Origin: Anaeramoeba ignava BMAN
Taxonomy: Eukaryota; Protista; Anaeramoebae
NCBI GenBank assembly: GCA_028826165.1
Contig: JAPDFW010000132.1
Coordinates: 77,889 to 141,888, forward strand
Direction of reading: 5' to 3'
Length of the DNA: 64,000 bases
In this document: positions 12,503-27,899 of the stretch, one piece after another
Layout of the letters: each line of letters begins with the position of its first letter
Numbering within the stretch: the first letter of the stretch is position 1
The notes under the pieces: model-generated
The model's input: the letters and a program-made list of their open reading frames with translations, nothing else
Told to the model about the DNA's origin: nothing
Database searches by the model: none
Program-made: the position numbers and the translations under genes

Positions 12503-15500
12503 ATGAATATTTCAGAGTCATCATTAACAGTTCTTGCAGTAATTTTTGTTGTTGGATTTTTAATCGTTTTAGCAGGAGCAATTTTATATTGGATTATAAC
12601 AAAAACAGTACCAATGAATACAAAAGGCAAATGTGGTTCATTTCTTAAAAGTTATAAAAAATTTAAGAATTTTCTTCAACACATTCTTCGCCTTAATTCA
12701 AAAACAGGAGCTATTTGGGTAATTTTTATTTACTTTAACTCCGATTATTAAATATAAATTCAATCAAAAAAAAAATAATTTTATTTATAAATAAGATCAA
12801 ATAATTGATTACTAATTAATACAATAAATTGATATAATAAATTAAATTAAAATAATAAATTAAATTAAAATAATAAATTAAATTAAAATAATAAATTAAA
12901 TTGAAATAATAAATTAAATTGAAATAATAAATTAATTTTAAATAATAAATTAAATTAAAATAATAAATTAATTTTAAATAATAAATTAATTTTAAATAAT
13001 AAATTAATTTTAAATAATAAATTAATTTTAAATAATAAATTAATTTTAAATAATAAATTAATTTTAAATAATAAATTAAATTAAAATAATAAATTAAATT
13101 AAAATAATAAATTAAATTAAAATAATAAATTAAATTAAAATAATAAATTAAATTAAAATAATAAATTAAATTAAAATAATAAATTGAATTAAAATAATAA
13201 ATTGAATTAAAATAATTGATTTGGAAAATTTAGGAAGCATTTCAAAATGGTTGCACATTAATAGCTATAATTCTATATATTATTCAATTATATGGAACAA
13301 GAAATCAAAAATCTTTTGATGTTGAAACTTTTGTTGCTTTTGCTTTTGCACTAGAATATACATTAAAATTTATAATTTCCAACAGTAAAGTAAAGTATTA
13401 TGTTTCGAGATGGGGAATTATTGATTTTGCAACTTTTATGCCAACTTTTATTACGTAATTAATTTTTAATTGAAATAATATTTTGTTGAATTTTGGTTTT
13501 ATTTGAGATTAATTATTTTCGTAATTATTTTTGTTGATTTAGATGGGGAATGGATAAAGATGAATATGGTGCAAATATGGAAGCAATGAGAACTTTAAGA
13601 ATACTGAGAATATTTAAAATTTATCGACTTCTTGTTTACTTTCAAAAAGGTATTTTGGTTTTCATGTTTAAAAAAATATTTTTGTTTTCATGTTAAAAAA
13701 TTTTTTTCAATTAAATAGATATAAATAAACAAATTGCAAAAGTTGGGATGTCTATTGTTGCATTTATTACTGTTACTGCTTCTTTTTTTATTTATATTGA
13801 AAACAGATATTTAGATTCAAGTGATAAATTAGAATTTCATGATGGAATTTATTTTATGGTTGTAACAATTTCAACAGTTGGATATGGAGATATTTCACCA
13901 GAAACAACATTAGGAAGACTTTTTATGACAGCTATGATTTTAGTTATTGCAGTTATCATTCCTTATCAAGTAAGAAAGAAAGAATAATTCAATTCAATAA
14001 AAATATTTAATTTAATTCAATTCAATTTAATTTAATAAAAATATTTAATTTAATTTAATTTAATTTAATTCAATTCAATAAAAATATTCAATTCAATTTA
14101 ATAAAAATATTTAATTTAATATTTAATTCAATTCAATTCAATTTAATTCAATTCAATAAAAATATTTAATTCAATTCAATTCAATTCAATTCAATAAAAA
14201 TATTTAATTCAATTTAATAAAAATATTTAATTCAATTTAATTTAATTTAATTTAATTTAATTTAATAAAAATATTTAATTCAATTTAATTCAATTCAATA
14301 AAAATATTTAATTTAATTCAATTCAATTCAATTTAATTTAATAAAAATATTTAATTTAATTTAATTTAATTTTAATTCAATTCAATTTAATTTAATAAAA
14401 ATATTTAATTTAATTTAATAAAAATATTTAATTTAATTTAATTTAATAAAAATATTTAATTTAATTTAATTTAATTTAATAAAAATATTTAATTTAATTT
14501 AATTTAATTTAATAAAAATATTTAATTTAATTTAATTTAATTTAATTCAATTTAATTTAATTTAATAAAAATATTTAATTCAATTCAATTTAATTTAATA
14601 AAAATATTCAATTTAATTTAATTCAATTCAATTTAATACAATTCAATAAAAATATTTAATTCAATTCAATTCAATTCAATAAAAATATTTAATTCAATAA
14701 AAAATATTTAATTCAATTTAATTCAATTCAATAAAAATATTCAATTCAATTCAATAAAAATATTTAATTCAATAAAAATATTCAATTCAATTTAATAAAA
14801 ATATTTAATTCAATTCAATTCAATTTAATAAAAATATTTAATTCAATTCAATTCAATTTAATAAAAATATTTAATTTAATTTAATTTAATTTAATTTAAT
14901 TTAATTTAATTTAATAAAAATATTCAATTCAATTTAATTTAATTTAATTCAATTTAATAAAAATAATTCAATTCAATAAAAATATTCAATTTAATTTAAT
15001 TCAATTCAATTTAATAAAAATATTTAATTTAATTTAATTCAATTCAATTTAATAAAAATATTTAATTTAATTTAATTCAATTCAATAAAAATATTCAATT
15101 TAATTTAATTCAATTCAATTCAATTCAATTTAATAAAAATATTTAATTTAATTCAATTTAATAAAAATATTTAATTTAATTTAATTTAATTTAATTTAAT
15201 TCAATAAAAATAATTCAATTCAATAAAAATATTTAATTTAATTCAATTCAATTCAATTTAATAAAAATATTTAATTTAATTCAATAAAAATATTTAATTC
15301 AATTCAATAAAAATATTTAATTCAATTCAATAAAAATATTTAATTTAATTTAATTTAATTTAATTCAATTTAATAAAAATATTTAATTCAATTTAATAAA
15401 AATATTTAATTTAATATTTAATTCAATTCAATTCAATTCAATATTCAATTCAATTCAATTCAATATTCAATTCAATTCAATTTAATTTAATAAAAATAAT

Positions 15501-18358
15501 TTAATTCAATTCAATAAAAATATTTAATTTAATTCAATTCAATAAAAATATTTAATTCAATTAAATTCAATTTAATAAATGAAATTCAATTCAATTCAAT
15601 TCAATAAAAATATTTAATTCAATTTAATAAAAATATTTAATTTAATTCAATTCAATTTAATTCAATTCAATTTAATAAAAATATTCAATTTAATTTAATA
15701 AAAATATTCAATTTAATTTAATTTAATTCAATAAAAATATTTTAGTTATCAGAATTAACAAGTTTACTCGGTGATGTTAATCCATATATTGGAGCATACC
15801 AAGGAACAAAAGAAAAAAGACATGTTATACTAACAGGACAAATAACACCATCATCTTTAATGTTCTTTTTATCCGATTTCACAAGAAGAAAACCAAAAAA
15901 TCGAAATATTGATTTTGTTATTCTTCAAAGGAAAAAACCAGCTCGAGAAATAGAAACAATAATAGAAAGTCCAACTTATGTCGAAGACATAAAATGGATT
16001 GTAGGATCATCCATTGACGACCAAGATCTGCAACGCGCTGGAATTCACTTTGCAGAATCAGTATTTGTCTTTGTCGATAAATTTTCAGAAGATCCCAAAA
16101 CAGCGGATACAAAAACACTTCTTACACTTCTTGCTATAGAAGAGCTGAATAACTTTTCGAGAATTTTTGTGCAAGTACTTCATCCGGAGAAACAGGTTTC
16201 ATTGACAAAGGACGCAGCTATAATCTCCATTTTGGAAATGAAAGGGTATCTTTTGGCTCAAAGTTGCATGTGTCCTGGATTTTCCACTTTTATTTTCAAC
16301 TTAATCACAAACACTTTGGATACTAAACAACCAGAGAAATGGACACAAGAATACAAGGTTGGAAGGAATATGTACATTGTGACTTTTCTTTTTGATGAGA
16401 AATTTGCAGGAAAATCTTTTATTGAAGTTTCTATTGATTTTCAACAAAAAGGTGTTTGTTTGTTTGCTTTACTTATGGAAGTTGAAAACAGACATGTTTG
16501 TGTCCTTAACCCTGGACTATCATACAATATACAAGAGGATGATATCGGTTTTCTGATCACTTCTTCTGAATCTGATTATATTAGACTTCTGGAATTGGAA
16601 AAGCAAAAAAACTTAATATTTCATGATAAATCAGAAAGTTTCACAAAAATATCAATGAATTCAATCAATCTTGGAGTTATGGGAACTTTGAAAGCATTTG
16701 AGAATGAGGATGAGAAACATAAGCAAGAAATTGATCTTGAAAATTCTTTTTCTGATACTTCTGATAGTGTTAAAGAAAATGAAATCAAAAAAGAAGAAAA
16801 AAATAATGAAAATAAAGATAATGATGAAAATAAAGATAATAATAAAGATAAAGATAAAGATAATGATGAAAATAAAGATAATAATAAAGATAAAGATAAA
16901 GATAAAGATAAAGATAAAGATAAAGATAAAGATAAAGGTGTTACTTTTGATACAACTGTTTATGATCCACAATTGAATTCACCACTTATTAATCAAGATT
17001 TGAATCAAAATCAAAATCAAAATCAAAATCAAGATGAAAATCAAAATCAAAATCAAAATCAAAATCAAAATCAAAATCAAAATCAAATTCAAAATAAATT
17101 ATTACATAAATCATCCAAATCCAAAAACTTTATGCAAAGAGATCCATATCGAATAACAGAAAAATTTCGTCGAGAAACATTAGATCAAATTGAAATTTCC
17201 GAAATAAACTTTTTTGATGATGACGATCTAGATTTAAAAACAAACGAACAAGATATACCAATTCCAGAAGGGAATTTACGACGAGTAAACACTTGCGAAC
17301 GAAGACCATTAAACAAAAGCAAGTTAGTAGCATGCAGTGGGTTCAACGGGCATATAATATTAATGGGGAACACAAGTGGAATTGCCTATTTTATAACACA
17401 TTTAAGATCAGTTGATTGGAAAGTGCAAATTCCAATTGTGATTCTTCATCCAGATTTTCCAGAAAGCACATGGAAAGAAATCAATTTCTTCCCTTTTATT
17501 TATTATGTTGCTGGCAATCCCACTAAGATTCTCGATCTTGAACGTGTTGGTGTTTCTCATGCTAGTAGAGTCATATTTCTTCCTGAAAATTCACGTATTC
17601 ATGAACTCCAACAGGATCCGGATCTCGGTGATTTTTTTGCGGATTCGGAAACTATATCAACAATTCGAAGCATAGAACATCTTTCTAGTAAACCATTCAT
17701 CATCACTGAACTTCTTCATTCTGAAAGCATGAAATTCTTGAAACTGAAATTTCGCAAGCAGAGAAATAGCATTTCCAAATTAATCAGTAATCCAACCAAA
17801 AAAAAGAAAAAAAATAAATGGAAAGTTGGCAAATTTGGCGGTTCAATTGTCTCCAGAATGCTCAATCTTGGTGGAGGAGAAAGCCAGGATGTGTACAATT
17901 CACATCCCTATTTCGCAAGCGGTAGAGTTCTTCTTTCATCAATGATGGACTCCTTATTGTCTTATATTTATTGGACTCCAGAATTACTTCATATCATTTC
18001 CCAACTTATTTTCTCAAAGAAATTTGATCATTTGGATTCTGAAATCCAGCAATCAAGTGTGTTTCTTTATAAAATTCCTGAAATTTTTAACGGAAAATAC
18101 TTCCAACAATTTTTCTCAACTTTGGCTAAGCAATTTGGAATTATTTGTTTGGGTTTATATCGTTCTGGAAAGCATTTTGAAGAACACTCTCCTTTGCCAT
18201 ATGTCTTTACTAATCCTCCTCCTGATACTTTGATTTATCATGAAGATTCTGCTTATCTTTTAAGTTCTTCTTTGGATTTAATTTCTGATGCAATGACACA
18301 AATTCAATCTCAAAAAATTTCACTTGAACCATTTCTTATTAATAAAAAGAATGATTAA
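12503..18358 (+). CDS. Slo/BK-family large-conductance K+ channel with two RCK domains (5 exons)
   Basis: N-terminal S0-like TM; S4 RTLRILRIFKIYR; pore TISTVGYGDISP; RCK1 KRHVILTGQIT...LLAQSCMCPGFSTFIFNL; RCK2 GHIILMG...YVAGNP...YFASG...LGLYR...YVFTNPPPDT; introns 12719-13233, 13455-13542, 13649-13718, 13970-15745. Confidence 0.92.
12840..13212 (+). repeat. Intronic 18-mer array (AAATTAAATTAAAATAAT)n in channel intron 1
   Basis: Direct reading of the tandem unit. Confidence 0.85.
13988..15740 (+). repeat. Intronic compound array of ATTCA/ATTTA pentamers punctuated by ATAAAAATATTTA
   Basis: Fills the 1776-nt channel intron; nearly G-free on the sense strand. Confidence 0.95.
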
Positions 18359-18494
18359 TTTTTTTTTTATAATTTTTTATATTAATTTTTGCCAGTTCAA
18401 TTTGTTAAAAAAGAAATTTGTTCCTTTTTTTTGTTCCTCTTTTTTTAATTTTTTAATTTTTTATTCTTTATTATTTATTTAAAAAAAAACTTTA

Positions 18495-21400
18495 TTATTT
18501 TTCTTTATCTTTATCTTTTTCTCTTCTTTTTGAAGGAATTGAATATTTTTTAGGAAGTTTAAATTTATTTATTTGTTGTTTAACAAAAGTAGCTTGATTT
18601 TTATTTGGAGAAACAGGAGTTGGATTTTGGAAAATATTTGCAAAAGAACGTGATATTTTAGGTTGATTTTGTAATTGTGGAACTTCAAAAGTAAGTGATA
18701 ATCTACGAGTTGAATTATCAGGAATTATTAAATTTTCAATTTGGAAATCAATATCTTCTTGTTGAATTTTTTCTTCTTTTTCTGGATCATTTTTTTCAAC
18801 ACTAAATCTTTTTTCAGTTACTAAATTTGGATTGAAACATTTTTCAGTCATTTCAGTAAAAATTTGACTTCCTCTATTGATTGCTATTGTTTTTCTTTTT
18901 TGGTAAAGATCAATTGGGATATTTTGATTAATTTTTTCGTTTTGATTTTGATTTTGATTTTGATTAATTTTTTCATTTTGATTTTGATTTTGATTTTGAT
19001 TTTGATTTTCATTAATTTTTTGATTTTGATTTTGATTTTGATTTTGATTTTGATTTTGATTTTGATTAATTTTTTCATTTTGATTTTGATTTTGATTTTG
19101 ATTTTCATTTTGATTTTGATTGATTTTTTCATTTTGATTTTGATTAATTTTTTCGTTTTGATTTTCATTATTATCTAAATCTTCTTGTTCTTCTTCTTTG
19201 GTTTTGTGATTGTAATCATCTAATTCATGTTCTTTTTTAGGAAATTGTTTTAATAAATAATTTTCATTATAGTAAAAATTATTTTGTGCATCATTTTCTT
19301 TATCATGAACCCATACTTCAAACATTTGAGTATCTTTAAATTCTTTGAGAAACTATTTAAATCCATAAATCATAAAAATAATTTTAGAAAAATTAATTTT
19401 TTTATAATTAATTTTTTTATACTTTTTGTGTTCTTCTTCTTCTTGTTGAAATGAAATTTTTTAAATCAAAAACAATTCCATCATTTTGTGGAATTAAAAA
19501 ATATCGAAAATCTCCAAAAATTTTGATAAAAAATGATAAGAATTCTTCTGCGATTGCATCAATATCTAAAGTACCTTTTTCTATTTTTTTAAATTAAATT
19601 TTTAAATAATGAAATAAATTTTTAAATAAATTTTAAATAAATTTTAAATAAATTTTAAAATAAATATTGAAATAAATTTTAAAATAAATATTGAAATAAA
19701 TATTGAAATAAATATTGAAATAAATATTGAAATAAATATTGAAATAAATATTGAAATAAATATTGAAATAAATATTGAAATAAATATTGAAATAAATATT
19801 GAAATAAATATTGAAATAAATATTGAAATAAATATTGAAATAAATATTGAAATAAATATTTAAATAAATATTGAAATAAATATTGAAATAAATATTGAAA
19901 TAAATATTGAAATAAATATTGAAATAATTATTAAAATAAATATTTAAATAAATATTGAAATAATTATTAAAATAAATATTGAAATAAATATTAAAATAAT
20001 TATTAAAATAAATATTAAAATAATTATTAAAATAAATATTTAAATAAATATTGAAATAAATATTGAAATAAATTTTGAAATAAATATTGAAATAAATATT
20101 GAAATTAATATTGAAATAAATATTGAAATAAATATTGAAATAAATATTGAAATAATTTTTAAAATAAATATTGAAATAAATATTTAAATAATGAAATAAA
20201 TTTTGAAATAAATATTGAAATAAATATTGAAATAAATATTGAAATAAATATTAAAAATAAATATTTAAATAAATATTGAAATAAATATTGAAATAAATAT
20301 TGAAATAAATATTGAAATAAATATTGAAATAAATATTAAAATAAATATTGAAATAAATATTAAAATAAATTTTAAAATAAATTTTAAATAAATTTTGAAA
20401 TAAATAATGAAATAAATTTTAAATAAATATTTAAATAAATATTGAAATAAATATTGAAATAAATTTTAAAATAAATATTGAAATAAATATTGAAATAAAT
20501 ATTTAAATAAATTTTGAAATAAATATTGAAATAAATATTTAAATAAATTATGAAATAAATATTGAAATAAATATTGAAATAAATATTGAAATAAATATTG
20601 AAATAAATTATGAAATAAATATTGAAATAAATATTGAAATAAATATTAAAATAAATATTGAAATAAATATTAAAATAAATATTTAAATAAATATTGAAAT
20701 AAATATTGAAATAAATATTGAAATAAATATTGAAATAAATATTGAAATAAATATTGAAATAAATATTGAAATAAATATTGAAATAAATATTGAAATAAAT
20801 ATTGAAATAAATATTGAAATAAATATTGAAATAAATATTGAAATAAATATTGAAATAAATATTGAAATAAATATTGAAATAAATATTGAAATAAATATTG
20901 AAATAAATATTGAAATGAATATTGAAATAAATATTGAAATTAATTTTGAAATAAATATTGAAATTAATTTTGAAATAAATATTGAAATGAATATTGAAAT
21001 AAATATTGAAATAAATATTAAAAATAAATATTGAAATAAATATTAAAATAAATATTGAAATAAATATTGAAATAAATTTTGAAATAAATATTTAAATAAA
21101 TTTTGAAATAAATATTGAAATAAATATTGAAATAAATATTGAAATAAATTATGAAATAAATATTTAAATAAATATTGAAATAAATATTGAAATAAATATT
21201 GAAATAAATATTGAAATAAATATTGAAATAAATATTGAAATAAATATTGAAATAAATATTGAAATAAATATTGAAATAAATATTGAAATAAATTTTAAAA
21301 TAAATATTAAAATAAATATTTAAATAAATATTTAAATAAATATTGAAATAATTATTGAAATAAATAATCCTCTACTTTTTAAAATATCTTGATGTTTTTT

Positions 21401-24400
21401 AATAGTTTTAATTAATTTTGAAACTCTATGAGGAGGTAATAATTTAAAATCTTGAAAACTTGACATCATTTTTCCTTGATCAAGTTCAACATAAACAAAT
21501 TGTTCAAGTGGTAATTTTTCAGCTTTTGGAATCATATATTTTAATATACCAACAACCATAGGAACAGGTGCACATAATACATCTGTTAAAGATTCTGGTA
21601 AAGCAGGAATTACAACATGCTTTTGAATTTTTCAATTAAATTTGAATTAATTTTCATTTCATTTAATTTGAATTTTTCATTTCATTTTTAATTTGAATTT
21701 TTCATTTCATTTTTAATTTGAATTTACATGCCAATTAAATGGTTGGATTAAAGCTAAACTTGCTTGAATTGATTGTGTTAAAATTCCAATATTTTCAGAA
21801 GAAAAAAATACTCTTCTTTCAAGTAATAAAGAAGCAAATAAACAAACTATCAATTTTGCGTCAAGTCTTTCCAATAATAATTTAATATTATACTTTTTTA
21901 ATTTTGAATTAAATTTAAATTTAATTTAAAGTTTGAATTTTAATTTGAATTTAATTTTGAATTAATTTGAAATTTGATTTTGGTTTGAATTTTAATTTTT
22001 GATTTTAATTTGAATTTTAATTTTTGTTTTGATTTTAATTTGAAATTTAATTTTGAATTGAAATTTCTATATAAAATTTGATACATCTCCAAGTATTTTT
22101 TTTGAACGAGTTAAACGTATTTTTCCTTCTGTAAAACTACCTGTAGGAGGTAAATTTATATATATTGAGTCTCCACATCTGGGTGTTGGTATTTTTTGAA
22201 GTGAAACTAAAAATTTATTTAATAAATTTGCTGGTTGTTTTTTCCATAATTCAATTGCTGAAATAATTTCATCAAATAATGAAAACATTGGACTATATTT
22301 TATCAAAAAAAAAGTTTCCAATTTTATTTTAATTTTATTTTAATTTTAATTTAAATTTTAAAATTTTAATTACTTATAAGTTAAAATGATTAAAGATTCT
22401 AATAAATCATCTGAAATAAAAAATCTTCTACAAATAACATATGTATGAAAGGCATCTGAATCTGTTAAAACTATTGAGAAAGTTTCACTAAGAAAAAGTT
22501 ATAATTATATTAATATTTATTTATTTATTATATTTATATTTATATTTATATTTATATTTATATTTATATTTATATTTATATTTATATTTATATTTATATT
22601 TATAATTATATTTATATTTATATTTATATTTATATTTATATTTATATTTATATTTATATTTATATTTATATTTATATTTATATTATTTTATATTTATATT
22701 TATATTTATATTTATATTTATATTTATATTTATATTTATATTTATATTATTTTATATTTATATTTATATTTATATTTATATTTTTATATTTATATTTATA
22801 TTTATATTTATATTTATGTTTATATATTTATATTTTATATTTATATTTTATATTTATATTTATATTTATATTTATATTTATATTTATATTTATATTTATA
22901 TTTATATTTATATTTATATTTATATTTATATTTATATTTATATTTTATATTTATATTTATATTTATATTTATATTTATATTTATATTTTATATTTATATT
23001 TATATTTATGTTTATGTTTATAGTTTATATTTTATATTTATATTTATATTTTATATTTTATATTTTTATATTTATATTTATATTTTATATTTATATTTAT
23101 ATTTATATTTATATTTATATTTTATATTTATATTTATATTTATATTTTATATTTATATTTTATATTTATATTTATATTTATATTTATATTTTATGTTTAT
23201 ATTTATATTTATATTTATATTTATATTTATATTTATATTTATATTTATATTTATATTTATATTTATATTTATGTTTATATTTATATTTATGTTTATGTTT
23301 ATATTTTATATTTATATATTTTATATTTTATATTTTATTTTTATATTTTATATTTATATGTTTATATTTTATATTTTATATTTATATTTATATTTATATT
23401 TATGTTTATATTTTATATTTTATATTTATATTTATATTTATATTTATATTTTATATTTATATTTTTATATTTATATTTATATTTATATTTATATTTATAT
23501 TTATATTTATATTTTTGTTTATATTTATATTTTATATTTATATTTATATTTATATTTATATTTATATTTATATTTATATTTATTTTATATTTTTATTTAT
23601 ATTTATATTTATATTTATATTTATATTTATATTTATATTTATAATTTATATTTATATTTATATTTTTTATATTTATATTTTATTTATTATATATTTATAT
23701 TTATATTTATATTTATAATTATATTTATATTTATATTTATATTTATATTTATAGAGTTATATTTATATTTATATTTTATATTTTTATATTTATATTTATT
23801 TTTATATTTATATTTATATTTATATTTATATTTATATTTATATTTATATTTATATTTATATTTATATTTATATTTATATTTATATTTATATTTATATTTA
23901 TATTTATATTTAGATTTATAATTTATATTTATATTTTATATTTTAAATATTTATATTTATATTTATATTTATATTTAGATTTATATTTTATATTTATATT
24001 ATATTTATATTTATATTTATATTTATATTTATATTTTATATTTATATTTATAATTAATTTATATTTAGGATTTAGATTTAGATTTAGATTTATATTTATA
24101 TTTATATTTATATTTATATTTATATTTATATTTATATTTATATTTATATTTATATTTATATTTATATTTTATATTTATATTTATATTTATATTTATATTT
24201 AGATTTATAATTTATATTTATATTTATATTTATATTTAGATTTATAATTTATATTTATATTTATATTTATATTTATATTTATATTTATATTTATATTTAT
24301 ATTTATATTTATATTAATAAATACACAGATTTTTCATTGCTTGATAATTTTAAAAGTCTTTCTGTATCAGGAAAACAAAATAAACGAATTTTCTTTTCAA

Positions 24401-24530
24401 AATCAATATCAGGTTTTCCTGGATAACGAAAAATAATTTCAACATCAGAAGGAATTTCTGTTGAATTTTTTGAAAGAGATTTATTATATTGAACAATATA
24501 AAAATTTTCAAATAACTTTGGAGAATTCAT
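18495..24530 (-). CDS. DENN-domain protein (putative Rab GEF), 7 exons, with (NQ)n-rich C-terminal tail
   Basis: uDENN IIFRYP...RLFCFP...ETFSIVLTD; c[13 protein letters not shown]...[32 protein letters not shown]; d[16 protein letters not shown]...[14 protein letters not shown]; long introns 24324-22488 and 21375-19581. Confidence 0.9.
19610..21362 (-). repeat. Intronic 12-mer array, sense (TATTTATTTCAA)n, DENN intron 5
   Basis: Plus strand reads (TTGAAATAAATA)n; intron 1795 nt. Confidence 0.95.
22525..24315 (-). repeat. Intronic hexamer array, sense (AATATA)n, DENN intron 1
   Basis: Plus strand reads (TATATT)n; intron 1837 nt. Confidence 0.95.
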
Positions 24531-24658
24531 TTTTTAAATTTAGAAATAAAAAAATGAAAAAGAATTTCTTTCAAAAAATTTTAATTTTTTTTTTTCATTT
24601 TTTTTTTTCATTTTTTTTTATTTTTTTTTTGCTTATTTTCTTTTAGAACAAGTCAATT

Positions 24659-27397
24659 ATGACCTCAGAATCAGATCTTGATGTGAATCCTTTTGATGTA
24701 TTTTTAAACAATAAAAAAATCTCTCAATTTTATTTCTAAATAAGATTCACAAGTTTTGATTATAATTTTTATTTTTATTTAATAAAAACAAACGAATAAA
24801 AAAATTTTTTTTTGAAATAATAAATTTAAATCAAAAAAAAAAAACAATTTAATTTGTTTTAAAAGGATTCAGCAATAAGACAACATGACGATACAAAAGT
24901 TGCTGGATTAAGCAATTATAATCCATTTGAAGAAAATGTTGACCTTGTATTTTTAACTATTTATTATTTTAATTCAATTTATTATTCTTTTTTTTAATTA
25001 TCCTTTTTTTTCAATTAATTTTTTTCAATTAATTTTTTTCAATTAATTTTTTTTAATTATTTTTTTCCTTTTTATTTTAAGGATGATAAAGATGATCCAG
25101 AAGATTTAGGTCATTATGAACCTCCTTTGACAACAATTGATAATCCTTTTGGTTTGCATCTTTATTATACTTTATAATTTTATGATTCAATTTTTGATTT
25201 AATTTTAAAAAACAAGAAAAAAAATTGATAAAAAAATTGATAAAAAAATATTTCAATTTATAATTAAATTATTATTTTAATTCGCTTTTATTTTTAGTTA
25301 CTGATAAAATGGCAGAAATTGATCAAAAACCTAAAACTTTAGATGAAAGAAAATTAGAAGTTGAACAAAGACATCGAGAATTAGATGAAAGAGAAAGAAT
25401 GTTAGATAAAAGAGTGAAAAATTTAGGTATTTCAATCAAAATTCACTACGAAATTAAAATTAAAATTCATTTACAAAATTAAAATTAAAATTAAAATTAA
25501 AATTAATATTAATATTAAAATTAAAATTAAAATCAAAATCAAAATCAAAATTTAAATTAAAATTCATTTATAAAATTAATAATCAAAATTTAAACTAAAA
25601 TTAATAATCAAAATTAAAATTAAAATTGAAATTAAAATTAAAATCAAAATTAAAATTAAAATTAAAATCAAAATTAAAATTAAAATTAAAATTAAAATTA
25701 AAATTAAAATCAAATTTTAAATTCAATTTTATATAAAAAGGTGATAATTATAACCGACCACATAATTGGCCAAAGTGTTATCCTTTTCTTCATCATAATA
25801 TTTCATCTGATATACCAAAAGAAAATCGTACAATGATTCGTCTTGCTTATTGGGCTTGGATTTGTATAATTTAAAAACTGAAATTAAAAAATGGAATTAA
25901 AAATGAAATTAAAAATGAAATTAAAAATAAATTTAAAAAATGAAATTAAAAATGAATTTAAAAACTGAATTTAAAAATGAATTTAAAAAATGGAATTAAA
26001 AATGAAATTAAAAAATGAATTTAAAAAATGAAATTAAAAATGAATTAAAAAATGAATTTAAAATGGATTTAAAACTGAATTTAAAAAATGAAATTAAAAA
26101 TGAATTTAAAAACTGAATTTAAAAATGAATTTAAAAAATGGAATTAAAAATGGAATTAAAAATGGATTTAAAAAATGAAATTAAAAATGAATTTAAAAAT
26201 GAAATTAAAAATGAATTCAAAAACTGAAATTAAAAATGAATTTAAAAAATGAATTTAAAAATGAAATTAAAAATGAAATTAAAAATAAATTAAAAAATGA
26301 AATTAAAAATGGAATTAAAAATGAAATTAAAAATGAAATTAAAAATGGAATTAAAAATGGAATTAAAAATGAAATTAAAAATGGAATTAAAAATGAATTC
26401 AAAAACTGAATTTAAAAATGAAATTTAAAAATAAATTTAAAATGAAATTAAAAATGAATTAAAAATGAATTTAAAAAATGAATTTAAAAATGAAATTAAA
26501 AAATGAATTTAAAAATAAATTAAAAAATGAAATTAAAAATGAAATTAAAAATGAATTTAAAAATAAATTTAAAATTAAAAGGGGGAGTTATTGGAACATC
26601 ATGGAATTTTATTTGTGTATTTGCAAAATTGGGTGTTGATAATGCAAAACATAAAGGAAATGATGTTGGATTAGGAATAGCTTATTTTTTATTTTCTCCA
26701 CCTTTATCTTGGATTTTTTGGTATAGATTATTATATAATGCAGCCAGGTAATTATAAATTTAAATAAATTATAAATTAAAATAAATTATAAATTATAATA
26801 AATTATAAATTTAAATAAATTATAAATTATAAATTATAAATTTAAATAAATTATAAATTATAAATTTAAATAGAAAGAATAAATCTTTTAAATTCTTGAC
26901 TTTCTTTTGTACTTTCTTTTTCTGGATGTTACTTGCTGCTGTTTTTGTTGTTGGTGTTGATGGAACTGGTTGTGCGTAAGTTATATCAAACAAATCCGAT
27001 TAAAAAATTAAAATTAAAATTAAAATTAAAATTAAAATCAAAATTAAATTTAAAATTATAATCAAAATCAAAATTAAAATTAAAATTAAATTTAAAATTA
27101 AATTTAAAATTAAAATTAAATTTAAAATTATAATCAAAATTAAATTTAAAAAGTGGAATTGTGAATACTGTTAATGTTTTTGATTGCAAATCACAATCTG
27201 TTGGAATATTATTTGTTGTGAATATTTTAGTTTGGTTTTTCCAGTTACTATTTGATGTTTTTCTTTTCAAAATGGTTCATAGTTTCTACAGAAGTTCAGG
27301 TGGTTCAGTTGAAAAAGCGAAAAAAGAAGTTGCACAAGAAACAACTTCAATTGCTGTTGATTTCCAAAAAGAAGCAGTTAAAAGTCAATTAAAATAA
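24659..27397 (+). CDS. SCAMP: Secretory carrier membrane protein (SCAMP), 8 exons
   Basis: Three N-terminal NPF motifs (VNPFD, YNPFE, DNPF), coiled coil RELDERERMLDKR, HNWPKCYPFLHHNISSDIP, four TMs with the E-peptide SWIFWYRLLYNAAR, C-terminal FYRSSGGSVEKAKKE. Confidence 0.93.
25870..26575 (+). repeat. Intronic 12-mer array (AAAAATGAAATT)n in SCAMP intron 5
   Basis: Direct reading; G occurs only after T or G, with no AG until the acceptor at 26580-26581. Confidence 0.9.
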
Positions 27398-27899
27398 TTT
27401 ACTTTTTTTTTTTACTTTTTTTTTTTGCTTTTTTTTTTTGCTTTTCTTTTCAAAAAAAAAAAATAATTTTCCTCAATTTAAGAAAAAAAAATTTTTTTTT
27501 CCAGATCAATTTTTGAACAAACAAAACTTAATTTCAAAACAAAAATCAAAATAAAACAAAAATATTAAAAATAAATTAGAAAATTATATTAAAATCATTA
27601 AAAAGATTGATCAAAAAAAAATAAATAATTTAAAATAAATTTGTTTATTTATTTTTTGAAAGATCAATTTCTAAATAACTTTTTAAAAAATAAATTAAAA
27701 TAATGACTCGATAAATTAAATTAAAATTAAAATTAAAATTAAAAATTAAAAATTAAAAAAAATTTTTTCAAATTATTTTTCAAATTTATTTTTTTTTTTT
27801 CCTTTTTTTTTCCATTTTAATTTTTATCAAAAAAATTCCAACGAAAAAAACCGAAAACTAAAAAAGAAGAAAAAACTAACGAAAAAAAAAATTAAAACA

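Noticed and set aside
19610-21362. Interstitial telomeric repeats
   Set aside because: The units lack the G-runs of known telomere repeats and sit inside introns; cannot be supported without the organism's telomere sequence
22816-23921. Long ORFs of [12 protein letters not shown] (also 37484-38299, 47002-47973, 46236-46572, 26217-26402)
   Set aside because: Stop-free frames of simple repeats lying inside introns or intergenic arrays; no coding complexity
24600-24660. Poly-T plus AG just before the SCAMP ATG as a trans-splicing acceptor
   Set aside because: Single instance; T-runs precede most genes here and no consistent AG is present at other starts
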